Under the pieces are notes generated by a model. It saw only the letters and a list, made by a program, of their open reading frames with translations, made no database searches and had not been told where the DNA came from. Of a DNA stretch of 64,000 nucleotides, positions 1 through 10,000 are shown one piece after another (within the stretch, counting starts at the first letter, position 1; each line of letters begins with the position of its first letter). The stretch lies in NCBI GenBank assembly GCA_002500135.1, contig DLSM01000001.1:16629-80628 (forward strand), read 5' to 3'. Both the position numbers and the translations under genes were made by a program. Source of the stretch: Christensenella sp. UBA7862 (GTDB lineage: Bacteria > Bacillota > Clostridia > Christensenellales > UBA1242).

Positions 1-67
1 TCTTGGACGCAAGGCAAAGTTATATTGCAGCAGTGTAAATAAATTTTGGAATTTACAAATTTTGTTT

Positions 68-97
68 TTGACGAAATGAGGGAGTTTGTGCTAAAAT
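68..97 (+). promoter_or_regulatory. sigma-A-type promoter candidate for the MBL-fold hydrolase gene
   Basis: TTGACG (68-73), 18-nt spacer, extended -10 TGcTAAAAT (89-97). A GGAGAA Shine-Dalgarno at 110-115 precedes ATG 119. Confidence 0.5.
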
Positions 98-118
98 ATA
101 GCCGTAATTGGAGAAATT

Positions 119-910
119 ATGAGAACGGCTAGCCTTTCAAGCGGAAGCAAAGGGAATAGCGTGTTTGTGGAGTCGGCAGAAACTAGAATTTTGATTGACG
201 ATGGACTGTCGCTCACAAACATTGAGTCAAGGCTAAAAACTATTGATGTTGACCCAGCAACTATTGACGCTATTTTGCTAACGCACGAACACACAGACCA
301 CATTGGTGGCATAAAATTTTTTTTGAAAAAACACAGAAACACAAAAGTCTATATTCCTTCCTTTGTGAAGGACTTTTGTCTGTCGGGGGTGTCAAATCTT
401 CCTTATGGGCAAATTGAGTGGTTTTCATCCAGTGACTTTTTTATAAAAGACATCACAGTGTCTTGTTTTGTGCTTCCACACGACAGCCATTTTTGCGTGG
501 GCTACAGTTTGTATTTTGGCGGCAGAAAAGTAAGTTATGCCACCGACTTGGGCTTCGTGTCAGACAGCACGCTAAAAAGCCTTGCAGGCAGTGACATTTT
601 GTTTTTGGAAAGCAATCACGATGAAAATTTACTTCTGCAAAACCCAAAGTATCCCGCCAAAACAAAAAAGAGAATTTTGGGTGATCACGGGCATTTGTCC
701 AATGCTTCTTGTGCAAAAACAATCGCTCAACTTGTGCCAACGGGCGTAAAACAAGTAGTGCTTTCGCATTTAAGTGAGGAAAACAATACCCCAATTTTGG
801 CATACACAACAATCAAGAATTATCTTAAATCAAAAGGCATAGAGGAGGGGAAAAACGTCTGTGTTGATGTGGCTTATCAAAACAAAGTCGGCACAGTGTT
901 TACACTTTAA
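119..910 (+). CDS. MBL-fold metallo-hydrolase (YycJ/WalJ-like)
   Basis: 263-aa ORF carrying the metallo-beta-lactamase signature LLTHEHTDHIGG (HxHxDH) and later DHGHLSN. Size and layout are typical of the small YycJ-like MBL hydrolases of Firmicutes. Confidence 0.8.
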   Translation: MRTASLSSGSKGNSVFVESAETRILIDDGLSLTNIESRLKTIDVDPATIDAILLTHEHTDHIGGIKFFLKKHRNTKVYIPSFVKDFCLSGVSNLPYGQIEWFSSSDFFIKDITVSCFVLPHDSHFCVGYSLYFGGRKVSYATDLGFVSDSTLKSLAGSDILFLESNHDENLLLQNPKYPAKTKKRILGDHGHLSNASCAKTIAQLVPTGVKQVVLSHLSEENNTPILAYTTIKNYLKSKGIEEGKNVCVDVAYQNKVGTVFTL

Positions 911-963
911 TTTTTTTGCCCATAAAGTTTGCAATAAATGACGGTGTGTGCTAATATTATAAT

Positions 964-2073
964 ATGAAACAAATTGAAAAGAGAAATTGGAATTTTAACA
1001 ACGCTTCCGTGGCATATGTTTTTGCCATTGTGGGCTATTTTTGTGCGTCAATTCTTTTGACCGTAATCGTGCTTGCCGCAACTGCGGGGGCCATCGCAAT
1101 CCAACCCGACTCGGCAAACGATATCTTGTCGCTTCCATGGGTGACTTATCTTAACATTATCCTATCAGAATTATCATTCTTGCTTGTGTTTTTAATATGT
1201 AACAAAAAATATAAAAAAGATTTTTTTGTCGCAAGCAGAATAAAATGCAAGCCAAATGCTTTGATAATAGTTGGAACAATTTTGGGCGCAGCAATTCTTT
1301 TCTTTGGCAGCATGAACTCATCAGAAATGTTTACGCATTTATTTTCCACTTTTGCAAAAGAAGCCTCAGAACTCGCAGTGCCACTTGATAATTTCGGGCA
1401 GTTTTTGATTGCCGTTTTTCTACTTGCCATTTTGCCTGCAGTGTGCGAGGAACTTTTGTTCCGTGGCTTAATTTTCAATGGTCTTAAAAGTAAACTTAAA
1501 GCTCCATGGGCAATACTTCTCAGTGCAACACTCTTTGCTTTAATGCATATGTCAATTTATCAAACATTGCACCAATTTGTGCTGGGTGTTGTGCTTGCAA
1601 CCCTTGTGTATTTCACGGGTTCTGTGATATATAGCATGATATTCCACTTCACAAACAATTTCCTTGTTGTATTCCTCGCCTATGTATTTCCAAACACATC
1701 TTTTACTTTTGCACATTGGGGAACAAAAGAGGTTTTAATTTCGCTCGCTTTATTCATTTTGGCATTGTGGATTGTTGCACTCCTTTTCTATCTTCTAAGA
1801 GAAAGAAATAAAAAACAAGCCCAGAACACAGATGATAAAGAACAACTTTCTTGGCAAGAGATAATCGCTATAAATCAGCAATCATGCGAATTGTATGAAT
1901 TATCTGATGAAGAAACAATAATGTCTGAAACAGAAGAAAATAAGACCTTGAAAGATGAAAAACTGATGAAAAATAATTCACAAACTTCGCATGACGACAA
2001 CACTTTAGGAATTATCTTGTTATCTGTAAGTGTGGCGGTTGCCATGCTTATGTGGATTTTAAATTCATTTTAG
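964..2073 (+). CDS. CPBP family intramembrane glutamic endopeptidase (CAAX protease/Abi family) with a long C-terminal tail
   Basis: Polytopic hydrophobic protein with the CPBP motifs CEELLFRG, LMHM and FHFTNNF. It has a ~100-aa acidic/polar tail ending in one further hydrophobic segment. No clear Shine-Dalgarno precedes ATG 964. Confidence 0.75.
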   Translation: MKQIEKRNWNFNNASVAYVFAIVGYFCASILLTVIVLAATAGAIAIQPDSANDILSLPWVTYLNIILSELSFLLVFLICNKKYKKDFFVASRIKCKPNALIIVGTILGAAILFFGSMNSSEMFTHLFSTFAKEASELAVPLDNFGQFLIAVFLLAILPAVCEELLFRGLIFNGLKSKLKAPWAILLSATLFALMHMSIYQTLHQFVLGVVLATLVYFTGSVIYSMIFHFTNNFLVVFLAYVFPNTSFTFAHWGTKEVLISLALFILALWIVALLFYLLRERNKKQAQNTDDKEQLSWQEIIAINQQSCELYELSDEETIMSETEENKTLKDEKLMKNNSQTSHDDNTLGIILLSVSVAVAMLMWILNSF

Positions 2074-2104
2074 GATATAATATCTTACACTTATCGGAGG
2101 AAAA

Positions 2105-3238
2105 ATGAAGAAGAAACGCTCGCTACTTATGTCAACGGCATTAACATATTTTGTCTTGCTGACGATGTTCATTTTGATTAGATTATCTTTTTTGTATGTA
2201 AAAATTGAGTCAGAAGTTGCGCTCAAGTTTTTCGATATTGGAATGAATGTTTTAGTGCAAGTTGGTGTTATGTTTTTGCTTCCAGTTTTGATGTTTTCAA
2301 ATCTTCGCAAACAATCACCAAAGCAAACTCTAAGTGAATTCGGCTACAATCCAATCAGTGTAAAATCCATATTTGTTTGCATAATTTTGGGCTTTTTATG
2401 TTACTTTTTGAACTTATTTATCGCTTCTTTTTTCAGTTCAATTATCCATTTCTGCGGATATGAGGATATCCCAAGTTATTCATATTCAACTGGTAGCAAT
2501 TATTCTGTGGGTGCTTTCTTGCTTCAAGTTTTGCTTGTGGCTGTTCTGCCTGCAATTTGTGAAGAAACAACTCATCGTGGACTTTTGCTCAAGGGGCTTT
2601 CGTCCATGGGAATGGTTAAAGCAGTTGTCTTGTCGTCAATTTTCTTTGGGCTTATGCATATGAACATTTCTCAATTTTTCTATGCAACAGTCCTTGGGTT
2701 TATCATTGCACTTTCAGTTGTTATAAGTCGCAGCATTGTCCCAGGAATGATTATCCACTTTATGAACAACTTTTTAAGCACATATTTCACATTCGCCCGA
2801 GCAAACAACTGGGTGGGCAGCAAATTCAACGAGTTTGTCTATGGCTTCCTCTTCGGCGGGTCAAGCATGATTGGACATCTTGTGTCGGTTGTGTTGTCGC
2901 TCACTGTGATTTTGGGACTTATAATTTATCTGTTTGTTGTTTTGCTTAAAGAAACGAGAATTAAAAAGGTGCAAAAAATGTTAAGCGAAATTCAAGCAAT
3001 GAACACTGAAATTTCATCATTCCCACAATCTTTTGGCGGGAACAGCAATCTTTTGAACCTTCACTTTTTGAACAGACTTATGAACGAATACAACATCAAG
3101 GGTCTTGAAAGCATGATTTTCACAGACCTAGAACAAAAGCCAGTTAAATCTAGCACCTTTGAAAAAGTTTGCCTCGCTTCATGTTTTGTGCTTGGAATTT
3201 TAGTCACCATATCAACATTTGCGTGGGGGATTTTGTAA
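2105..3238 (+). CDS. CPBP family intramembrane glutamic endopeptidase, tandem paralogue
   Basis: GGAGG at 2095-2099 precedes ATG 2105. CPBP motifs CEETTHRGLL, LMHMN and IHFMNNF are present. There is a C-terminal extension with a terminal hydrophobic segment, as in the upstream paralogue. Confidence 0.75.
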   Translation: MKKKRSLLMSTALTYFVLLTMFILIRLSFLYVKIESEVALKFFDIGMNVLVQVGVMFLLPVLMFSNLRKQSPKQTLSEFGYNPISVKSIFVCIILGFLCYFLNLFIASFFSSIIHFCGYEDIPSYSYSTGSNYSVGAFLLQVLLVAVLPAICEETTHRGLLLKGLSSMGMVKAVVLSSIFFGLMHMNISQFFYATVLGFIIALSVVISRSIVPGMIIHFMNNFLSTYFTFARANNWVGSKFNEFVYGFLFGGSSMIGHLVSVVLSLTVILGLIIYLFVVLLKETRIKKVQKMLSEIQAMNTEISSFPQSFGGNSNLLNLHFLNRLMNEYNIKGLESMIFTDLEQKPVKSSTFEKVCLASCFVLGILVTISTFAWGIL

Positions 3239-3708
3239 TGTTCAAGCTAAACATTGTTTGCACGGGGACGCTTAAAGAAAAATATTTCATCGCCGCTCAA
3301 GAGGAATATCTAAAACGCTTGCAAAAATTTTGCGAAGTGAAAATTGTGGAATTTGTAGAAGAAAAATTGCCACAAAATCCGTCTGCGGGTGAAATTGAAA
3401 AGGCACTTGATAGAGAGTATGAAAAATATCTGCCAGCACTTAAGGGAAAAATTATCGTTTGTGCCGTTGAAGGGAAAGAGTATTCAAGCGAAGATTTTTC
3501 TCGCCTTCTTAAAAAACATCTTGACGAAGCAGGAGTTGTAACATTTTTAATTGGCAGTTCGCATGGGCTTTCAAACAAGGCAAAAGCAGGAGCGACTCTC
3601 GTTTCTTTTTCAAAAATGACTCTTCCTCATCACTTGGCTCGCATTGTGCTTGAAGAACAAGTGTATAGAGCGTTTTCAATTTTAAATGGAAGTTCCTATC
3701 ACAAATAA
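3238..3708 (+). CDS. rlmH: 23S rRNA (pseudouridine1915-N3)-methyltransferase RlmH (SPOUT family)
   Basis: The likely start is ATG 3238, overlapping the upstream stop (TAATG). The 156-aa product has MFKLNIVCTGTLKEKY at its N-terminus and IGSSHGLS...LPHHLARIVLEEQVYRAFSILNGSSYHK at its C-terminus, both typical of RlmH. Confidence 0.9.
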   Translation: MFKLNIVCTGTLKEKYFIAAQEEYLKRLQKFCEVKIVEFVEEKLPQNPSAGEIEKALDREYEKYLPALKGKIIVCAVEGKEYSSEDFSRLLKKHLDEAGVVTFLIGSSHGLSNKAKAGATLVSFSKMTLPHHLARIVLEEQVYRAFSILNGSSYHK

Positions 3709-3747
3709 TTTTGTGTCAAATATTTTTGTTTTTTCATAAAAAATTCT

Positions 3748-4587
3748 ATGGAAAAATTGTGGAAAAAAATACAATTAGAAATTGCCGAACTTAAAAAGCA
3801 CGGCAATTATTTTTGCTATGGGAAAAGTAAATGGGGAGAAAAACTTTGGGCGTTTAAATTTGGGAGCGGCGAAAAGAAAATTTTAGTTCAAGGGGCAACT
3901 CACGCAAGGGAATTTGTCACAACATTTTATCTTCTAAAACTATGCCGATATTTGTCCGCCATGCCACTTTTGGGGACTGTGATTGTTTGTCCACTTTCAA
4001 ACCCAGATGGCGTAAAACTTTGCCTTTGTGGAGAGAAATGTTTGCGAGGGAAATATAGCAAAACTTGCAAAGAAATATTAAAAAACTGTGACCAAAAACT
4101 TATAAAATGCAATGGGCGAGGCGTGGATATAAATGTTAATTTTGACGCACATTGGGGCGGCGGGAAAAGAAATTTTTTTGGCTTTCCGACATTTGAAAAT
4201 TATCTTGGCAAAGCCCCGATAAGTGAAAGAGAAACAAAGGCGCTTGCCAATTTAGTGGAAGTTTTTTTGCCAGATGTTACAATAAGTTATCACTCAAAAG
4301 GTGAGGTCGTATATTTTGGTTTTGAAAAGAAAAAGCAAATTAAAATGGACAAAAAATTGCTTGAAATTATAACATCTGAGTCGGGATATAAGCCCTATAA
4401 AACCAAAAACAGTTGTGGCGGATTTAAAGATTTTTGCATTGAAAAACTTGATATCCCGTCATTCACTATTGAAGTTGGAAAAGACGATTTGCCACACCCT
4501 TTGGGACTTGATGTTCTGGAAGAAATTTTTATGCAAAACAAGGACATTGTCCCAAAAATGTTAAAATATTTGAATAATGGGAAATAA
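3748..4587 (+). CDS. M14 family zinc carboxypeptidase (gamma-D-glutamyl-meso-diaminopimelate peptidase-like)
   Basis: Carries the HxxE zinc motif in GATHAREFVTT, then SNPDG, then a later SYHSKGE (third zinc ligand region). The ~280-aa length fits the M14C peptidoglycan-peptidase subgroup. Confidence 0.7.
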   Translation: MEKLWKKIQLEIAELKKHGNYFCYGKSKWGEKLWAFKFGSGEKKILVQGATHAREFVTTFYLLKLCRYLSAMPLLGTVIVCPLSNPDGVKLCLCGEKCLRGKYSKTCKEILKNCDQKLIKCNGRGVDINVNFDAHWGGGKRNFFGFPTFENYLGKAPISERETKALANLVEVFLPDVTISYHSKGEVVYFGFEKKKQIKMDKKLLEIITSESGYKPYKTKNSCGGFKDFCIEKLDIPSFTIEVGKDDLPHPLGLDVLEEIFMQNKDIVPKMLKYLNNGK

Positions 4588-4648
4588 TTTTTTGCAACTA
4601 TTGTCACCAAAACTTGATTATATCTTTTTTGTGTGATAAAATATTTGC

Positions 4649-5416
4649 ATGGACATAAAGTTTATGAAAATGGCTCTTAAAGAGGCACAAAGGGCATGTG
4701 CTGACGGCGAAGTGCCAGTGGGGGCTGTGATTGTCAAAGATAACGAGGTGATTGCCCGTGCAAGAAATATGCGAGAAACCAAGCAAAACGCTCTTTATCA
4801 TGCGGAAATTTTGGCGATTGACAAAGCGTGCAAAAAACTAAAATCATTTCGTCTTGACGGTTGTGAAATTTATGTTACACTTGAGCCTTGTCCAATGTGT
4901 GCGGGGGCAATTTGTGGGGCAAGACTAAAGGAAGTAGTATTCGGGGCAAAAGACAAAAATTATGGCTGTGCGGGCAGCAAACATAACTTCTTTTCCGACC
5001 CAGATTTTGAACATTTGTCCACTGTCACAGGCGGCGTTATGGCGGATGAGTGCGAAGGCCTTTTGCAGAAGTTCTTTGCGCAAGCAAGAAAGCGAAATAA
5101 GCTGATAAAACTTATAGGAAATTTTGCCGAACTTTTGCCACAAAACTTGTCCGCAATTAAAGATAAAATTGTGGATAAAATTAGGGGAAAAACATCAAAT
5201 ATCGTTCAAAGGAAATGTAAAATTGACGGAGAAATTTATCCTTGCATTGTGACGAGTTCAAAGGGCAATATAGTTTTGGCAATTATCCGAGCAAAAACAG
5301 AAAGCGTGCTTGTTTTGGGTGACGAGATGAGTGAAGATGAATTGTTGCAATTTGCAAGAAGTTCATTTTGTTTGGGTTGCAAACTTATTACAAAAACGGG
5401 GAAATATATTTTGTAA
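4649..5416 (+). CDS. tadA: tRNA adenosine(34) deaminase TadA with a ~100-aa C-terminal extension
   Basis: CMP/dCMP deaminase zinc motifs HAEILAI and LEPCPMCAGA lie in the first ~150 aa. Residues from about 150 to 255 have no similarity I recognise. Confidence 0.8.
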   Translation: MDIKFMKMALKEAQRACADGEVPVGAVIVKDNEVIARARNMRETKQNALYHAEILAIDKACKKLKSFRLDGCEIYVTLEPCPMCAGAICGARLKEVVFGAKDKNYGCAGSKHNFFSDPDFEHLSTVTGGVMADECEGLLQKFFAQARKRNKLIKLIGNFAELLPQNLSAIKDKIVDKIRGKTSNIVQRKCKIDGEIYPCIVTSSKGNIVLAIIRAKTESVLVLGDEMSEDELLQFARSSFCLGCKLITKTGKYIL

Positions 5417-5430
5417 GAATGGGGGAAAAA

Positions 5431-6222
5431 ATGGAAGAATTTGTGCTTGAGAGTGATGTTTTGACGGAGTTTGAATTTGAAGCACCAAAGGAACATAATG
5501 TTAGAGTTGTTATTCTTAAAACGGAAAAGTTTTTGGAAATTGAAAAGCAAGATTTAATGGGGCTTACAAGCCTTGAATGGGTGAGAGATATTGCATGTAG
5601 AGATTTTGAAAAGAGCAGAGTTCATGTGGCAAAAATTATGAAAAATCAAAATATATTGGATGTTGCATTGCCTTTTGCAAAGGAAAAGGACGACTATATT
5701 GTTGTCCTATATGCAGACACTCCACTTTTGCAATGCACACAAGTGAATGACGCTGTGGAATATGCAACAACAAAGTCGCTTGATTATTGCAAATTGCCAC
5801 GTGGTGGAGTGTTTAAAATTAAGTCGGCAAAACAGAATAAATTTGAAATTACAAGCGAAGCGAACTTCTTCCCAAAAGAAAGTTTTTATGCTGTTTTCGA
5901 TAACAAAACATTGTCTGTGGCAAGGGAAATTTTGCGAGATAGAATTGTATCTGACCTGCAAAGAAAAGGTGTGAATATTTTATTTCCACACTCAACATAC
6001 ATTGACTTTGTTGCCCAAATAGAAAAGGGTGTCACAATCTTTGGCGGCAATGTGATAAAAGGTCACAGCCTTGTAAAAACGGGAACAATTTTGCGTGAAA
6101 ATAATATAATTTCAAATTCATTGATTGGTGAAAATTGTGACATTTTGTCTTGTTATTTGAAAAATGCAAAGTTAAAGAAATCTACAAAATTGGGGCCATT
6201 CATTTCAATGATTTCTGACTAA
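5431..6222 (+). CDS. GlmU-like protein, degenerate (nucleotidyltransferase fold plus the first turns of a left-handed beta-helix, truncated)
   Basis: ATG 5431 follows GGGGG at 5421-5425. The sequence is collinear with GlmU: IVVLYADTPLL resembles the LYGDVPLI motif. Hexapeptide repeats (VTIFGGNVIKGHSLVKTGTILRENNIISNSLIGENCDI) end at LGPFISM, which resembles IGPFARL. The uridyltransferase signature LxxGxGTRM is replaced by ILKTEKFLE, and the ORF stops about 190 aa short of a full GlmU. Confidence 0.5.
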   Translation: MEEFVLESDVLTEFEFEAPKEHNVRVVILKTEKFLEIEKQDLMGLTSLEWVRDIACRDFEKSRVHVAKIMKNQNILDVALPFAKEKDDYIVVLYADTPLLQCTQVNDAVEYATTKSLDYCKLPRGGVFKIKSAKQNKFEITSEANFFPKESFYAVFDNKTLSVAREILRDRIVSDLQRKGVNILFPHSTYIDFVAQIEKGVTIFGGNVIKGHSLVKTGTILRENNIISNSLIGENCDILSCYLKNAKLKKSTKLGPFISMISD

Positions 6223-6303
6223 AAAATTGTTGCATTTTTATAAAAGTTAAAAATAATATCCTGTGTAAAATTTAATAAAATGTATCAAAATTTTAATAAA
6301 AAA

Positions 6304-6335
6304 ATGCTAAAAAATGGGCAAAAAATGGGCAAAAA
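6304..6335. repeat. short phased A-tract direct repeat (ATGCTAAAAA / ATGGGCAAAAA x2)
   Basis: Read directly from the sequence. Three consecutive 10-11-bp units each end in an A5 tract, located in the AT-rich spacer upstream of pth. Confidence 0.7.
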
Positions 6336-6444
6336 TTGGTGTTTTTTAATTAAAAATATACGAAAAACTAAAGCAAAAGAAAAGAATTGCTAAAAAATAG
6401 AAAAACGATAAAAATTTTGAAAAAGAATAAAAGAAGGAATAAAA

Positions 6445-6978
6445 ATGAAAATTGTTGTTGGGCTTGGAAACCCTGGGAAAGAATATGAGGGGACATATCA
6501 TAACATTGGCTTTATGGCGGTGGACAGACTGGCGGGAAGGCTTGGCATAAGTGTAAACAAGGGTAAGTTCAATTCGCTTTATGGCTCGGGGAAATTGGGG
6601 AATGACATTATCCTTATTGTTAAGCCGCTTACATACATGAATTTGTCTGGGCAAGCGGTGAAAAGTTTTGCAAAATTCTACAAAGTTTCGCCCGAAGATA
6701 TTTTTGTTTTTTGTGACGACATTGACCTTGAAAAAGGCGTGGCGAGATTTAAAGAACATGGAAGCGGCGGTACACATAATGGACTTAAAAACATAGTTTG
6801 GGAACTAGGCAGTGAAGGCTTTAGGCGAATAAAAATTGGTGCTGGAAACGACAAGAGCATGGACTTGAAAGACTATGTTTTAAGCAAAATCGACGAAGAA
6901 AGTTTGAGCAAAATAAACATTGCTATTGATGAAGGAATTGAAAAATTTTTGAGTTTTGCAACTTCTTCAAAAAATTAG
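6445..6978 (+). CDS. pth: peptidyl-tRNA hydrolase
   Basis: N-terminus is MKIVVGLGNPGKEYEGTYHNIGF, followed by LTYMNLSG and GTHNGLKNI, which are canonical Pth motifs. GAAGGA lies upstream of the ATG. Confidence 0.95.
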   Translation: MKIVVGLGNPGKEYEGTYHNIGFMAVDRLAGRLGISVNKGKFNSLYGSGKLGNDIILIVKPLTYMNLSGQAVKSFAKFYKVSPEDIFVFCDDIDLEKGVARFKEHGSGGTHNGLKNIVWELGSEGFRRIKIGAGNDKSMDLKDYVLSKIDEESLSKINIAIDEGIEKFLSFATSSKN

Positions 6979-7050
6979 TAAATGAATTGAATTAAAGAAA
7001 GTATTTACAAAAGAAAAATGAAATGCTGCATGTGATGTTTGGGGAATAAA

Positions 7051-10000
7051 ATGGAAAGATTAAAGGCAAAGATTGCGGGAATAAAGGAGTATAAGACTGC
7101 CACAATAAGCGGTTTGAATGACGGCGAAAAAACACTTTTGCCTTACCTTTTTGGCGGGAAAAATTTGATTGTTGTGTCAAATCGTGACGCAATGGATAAT
7201 TATATTTTAAATTTAAAAGCGTTGGGACAAAAGGTTGTGAGTTTTGCTGGAAAACTTCCCCAAATAATTTCTTTTGCCGAAAGAAACTCTCAAAATTTCA
7301 AAGATTTTTGCAGCAATTTAAGGACTCTCGCAACAGGAGAGTTTGATAATATCGTTGTGACATCAGACTTTTTGTTTCAAAAATTGCCCCAAAAACAATA
7401 TGTTTTGGAGCATATTTTAAAACTTAAAAAAGGCCAAGAAATTGAGATCGCCGACCTTACAAAAACACTTTGTAAAATGGGATATGTTCGAGTTGAAATG
7501 GTGTCATCGGAAGGTGAATTTGCTCTTCGTGGCGACATTGTGGACATATTCCCATTAGGGAGTGACATAGCGTGTAGGCTAAGTTTTTTTGACAATGAAA
7601 TTGAAGAGATAAATCAATTTGACCCAGTGACTTTTAGGTTGCTTAAGCCTCAAAGCAAGGTGGAAATTGGCTTTTGCTCGCTGGTGGATAAAGACTATTT
7701 TGAAGACATATCTTCACAAGTTACAAAGGATATGGCAAGGCTAAAATTGTCTGATAGCAGCATGCTTAGACTTAGTGAAGTGACAAACGCACAACTTGAG
7801 GCGTTTGATACAGGGCTTAATGTTTCAAGTGCATTTTTCCTTCCTTTTGCAAAATATTTTGGAGCAAGCGTTTTTGACTATCTTCCACAAGACGCAACAA
7901 TATTTTTTGACGAGCCAAAACTCATTATGGATAGAATTTCTGTTGTGGGGGACGAAAACACAAACTCTTTTTTGGACCTATCCTTAAAGGGTGAATTTTT
8001 GCCAAAGCAAATGGAGTTTTATTTTGACAAAAAAGATGTCTTAGCAAAAGCGAGTGATTTTAGGCGAGTGGCCTTTTCCAGGCTTGTGTCGCAAAATAAA
8101 ATTTTTGAAAGCGAGAGAATTGAGAACTTTGTTTGTCCGGCTGTTTCAAGATATGTGGGTAAGTTTATTGACCTTAGGGCAAATGTCCTAAATCTTGTGA
8201 AAAATCATTGGAGTGTTGTAGTCGCCACAAAAGATTCCGCTACAAGGAACAGACTGCGGGGACTTTTTGAGGAAGTTTCACTGCCTTGCTTTGAAATAAA
8301 AAAACTTGATGAGGCTATGGGTGAGGGGGTATTTTTCCTAAACGAAAACATTTGGCTTTCGTCAAATTTTGAGATGGAAAGACTACTTATTTTAGGCTCA
8401 AAAGATTTGGTCGGACACCAAGTTGTAAAACAAAATAAGATTGTTGAAAATGCACCAAAGTTTTTGCCAAAAGTGGGCGAATATGTCGTTCATGAAGTGC
8501 ATGGTGTGGGGAAATGCGTTGGCATAAAGAGAATGAAAATTTCAAGTGCCGAGCGAGATTATATTATAATTGAATATAAAGACGGCGACTTGCTTTATTT
8601 GCCAAGCGAAAATGCAGATATGCTTAGCGGCTTTGTGGGGGAAGCAGAGCCAAAGTGCAACAAAATTGGCGGGACAGAATTTTTTAAGATAAAACAAAAA
8701 GTTAAGTCGTCAATTAAGAAAGCAACATTTGATTTGCTTAAAGTTTATTCCGAGAGAATGAACTCAAAGGGATATGTTTATCCAAAAGACAGTTATCTTC
8801 AAAAAGAGTTTGAAGACGCTTTTCAATATGACTACACTCCCGACCAACTTCTTGCAATTTCGGACATAAAGCACGACATGGAAACGGGGCAAATTATGGA
8901 CAGGCTTATCTGTGGCGATGTGGGCTTTGGCAAAACGGAAGTGGCTCTTGTTGCGGCGTTTAAGGCTATTCAAGAAGGAAAGCAAGTGGCTTTTGTTTGT
9001 CCTACTACTATTTTGAGTGAGCAACATTTCGCTACAGCAACTTCCAGAATGAAAGACTTTATGGTGCGGGTGGCGGTTTTAAACAGATTTAAGACCAAAA
9101 AAGAACAAGAACAAATTTTGCGTGACCTAGCAGACGGCAAAATAGACCTTATTTGTGGCACGCATAGGCTTCTTAGCAAAGATGTTAAGTTTAAAGATTT
9201 GGGACTTCTTGTCATTGATGAAGAGCAAAGATTTGGGGTTGAGGACAAGGATAAACTAAAAAACATTAAGAAAAATGTTGATGTTTTGACGCTTTCTGCA
9301 ACACCTATCCCTAGGACGCTTTATATGTCACTTAGTGGCATAAGAGATGTAAGTTACTTAAACTCTCCACCAAAGCGAAGAAAAATGATTCAAACGGCGG
9401 TGATTGACTATTCGGACAACTTGCTTGTTTCCGCCTGCGAAAAAGAACTGGCTCGTGGTGGGCAAGTGCTTATTGTGTATAACCGAGTTGAAACGATTGC
9501 TAACTTCTATCGTCATGTGCAAAATCTTCTTCCAGAAGCAAAAATTGGCTTTGCACATGGACAAATGTCAAGCAAAGAACTTGAACAAGCAATTTATGAC
9601 CTATATTCGCACAACACTCAAATATTAATTAGCACGGTGCTTATTGAAAATGGCATTGACCTTCCAATGGCAAACACTCTTTTTGTTGTGGATAGTGACA
9701 AATTGGGACTAAGTCAACTTTATCAACTTCGTGGTAGAATTGGACGAAGCGACATTGAAGCATATGCTTATTTCAGTTTTGCTAGCAACAAAATTTTGTC
9801 GCAAGACGCATACAAAAGACTTGATGCTTTGGTGGAATTTAGTGACTTTGGCAGTGGCAGCAAAATTGCTATTCGTGACCTTGAAATTAGAGGCGCGGGA
9901 GATATTTTGGGCAGAACCCAACACGGACATATGCAACAAGTGGGATATGATATGTTTGTAAAACTTCTGCGTGAAGTAGTGGGCGAACTTAAAGGCGAAC

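Noticed and set aside
5170-5178. Isolated exact DnaA-box 9-mers inside coding sequence (5170-5178 in tadA, 22996-23004 in giant gene 1).
   Set aside because: These are single, unpaired occurrences within ORFs, close to the roughly one per window expected by chance. Only the intergenic palindromic pair at 16475-16507 stands out.
6346-6777. 143-aa minus-strand ORF overlapping the pth start and the upstream spacer.
   Set aside because: It overlaps the confidently identified pth gene. Its upstream part translates the poly-A/T spacer into Phe/Lys-rich low-complexity sequence. No ribosome-binding site is present.
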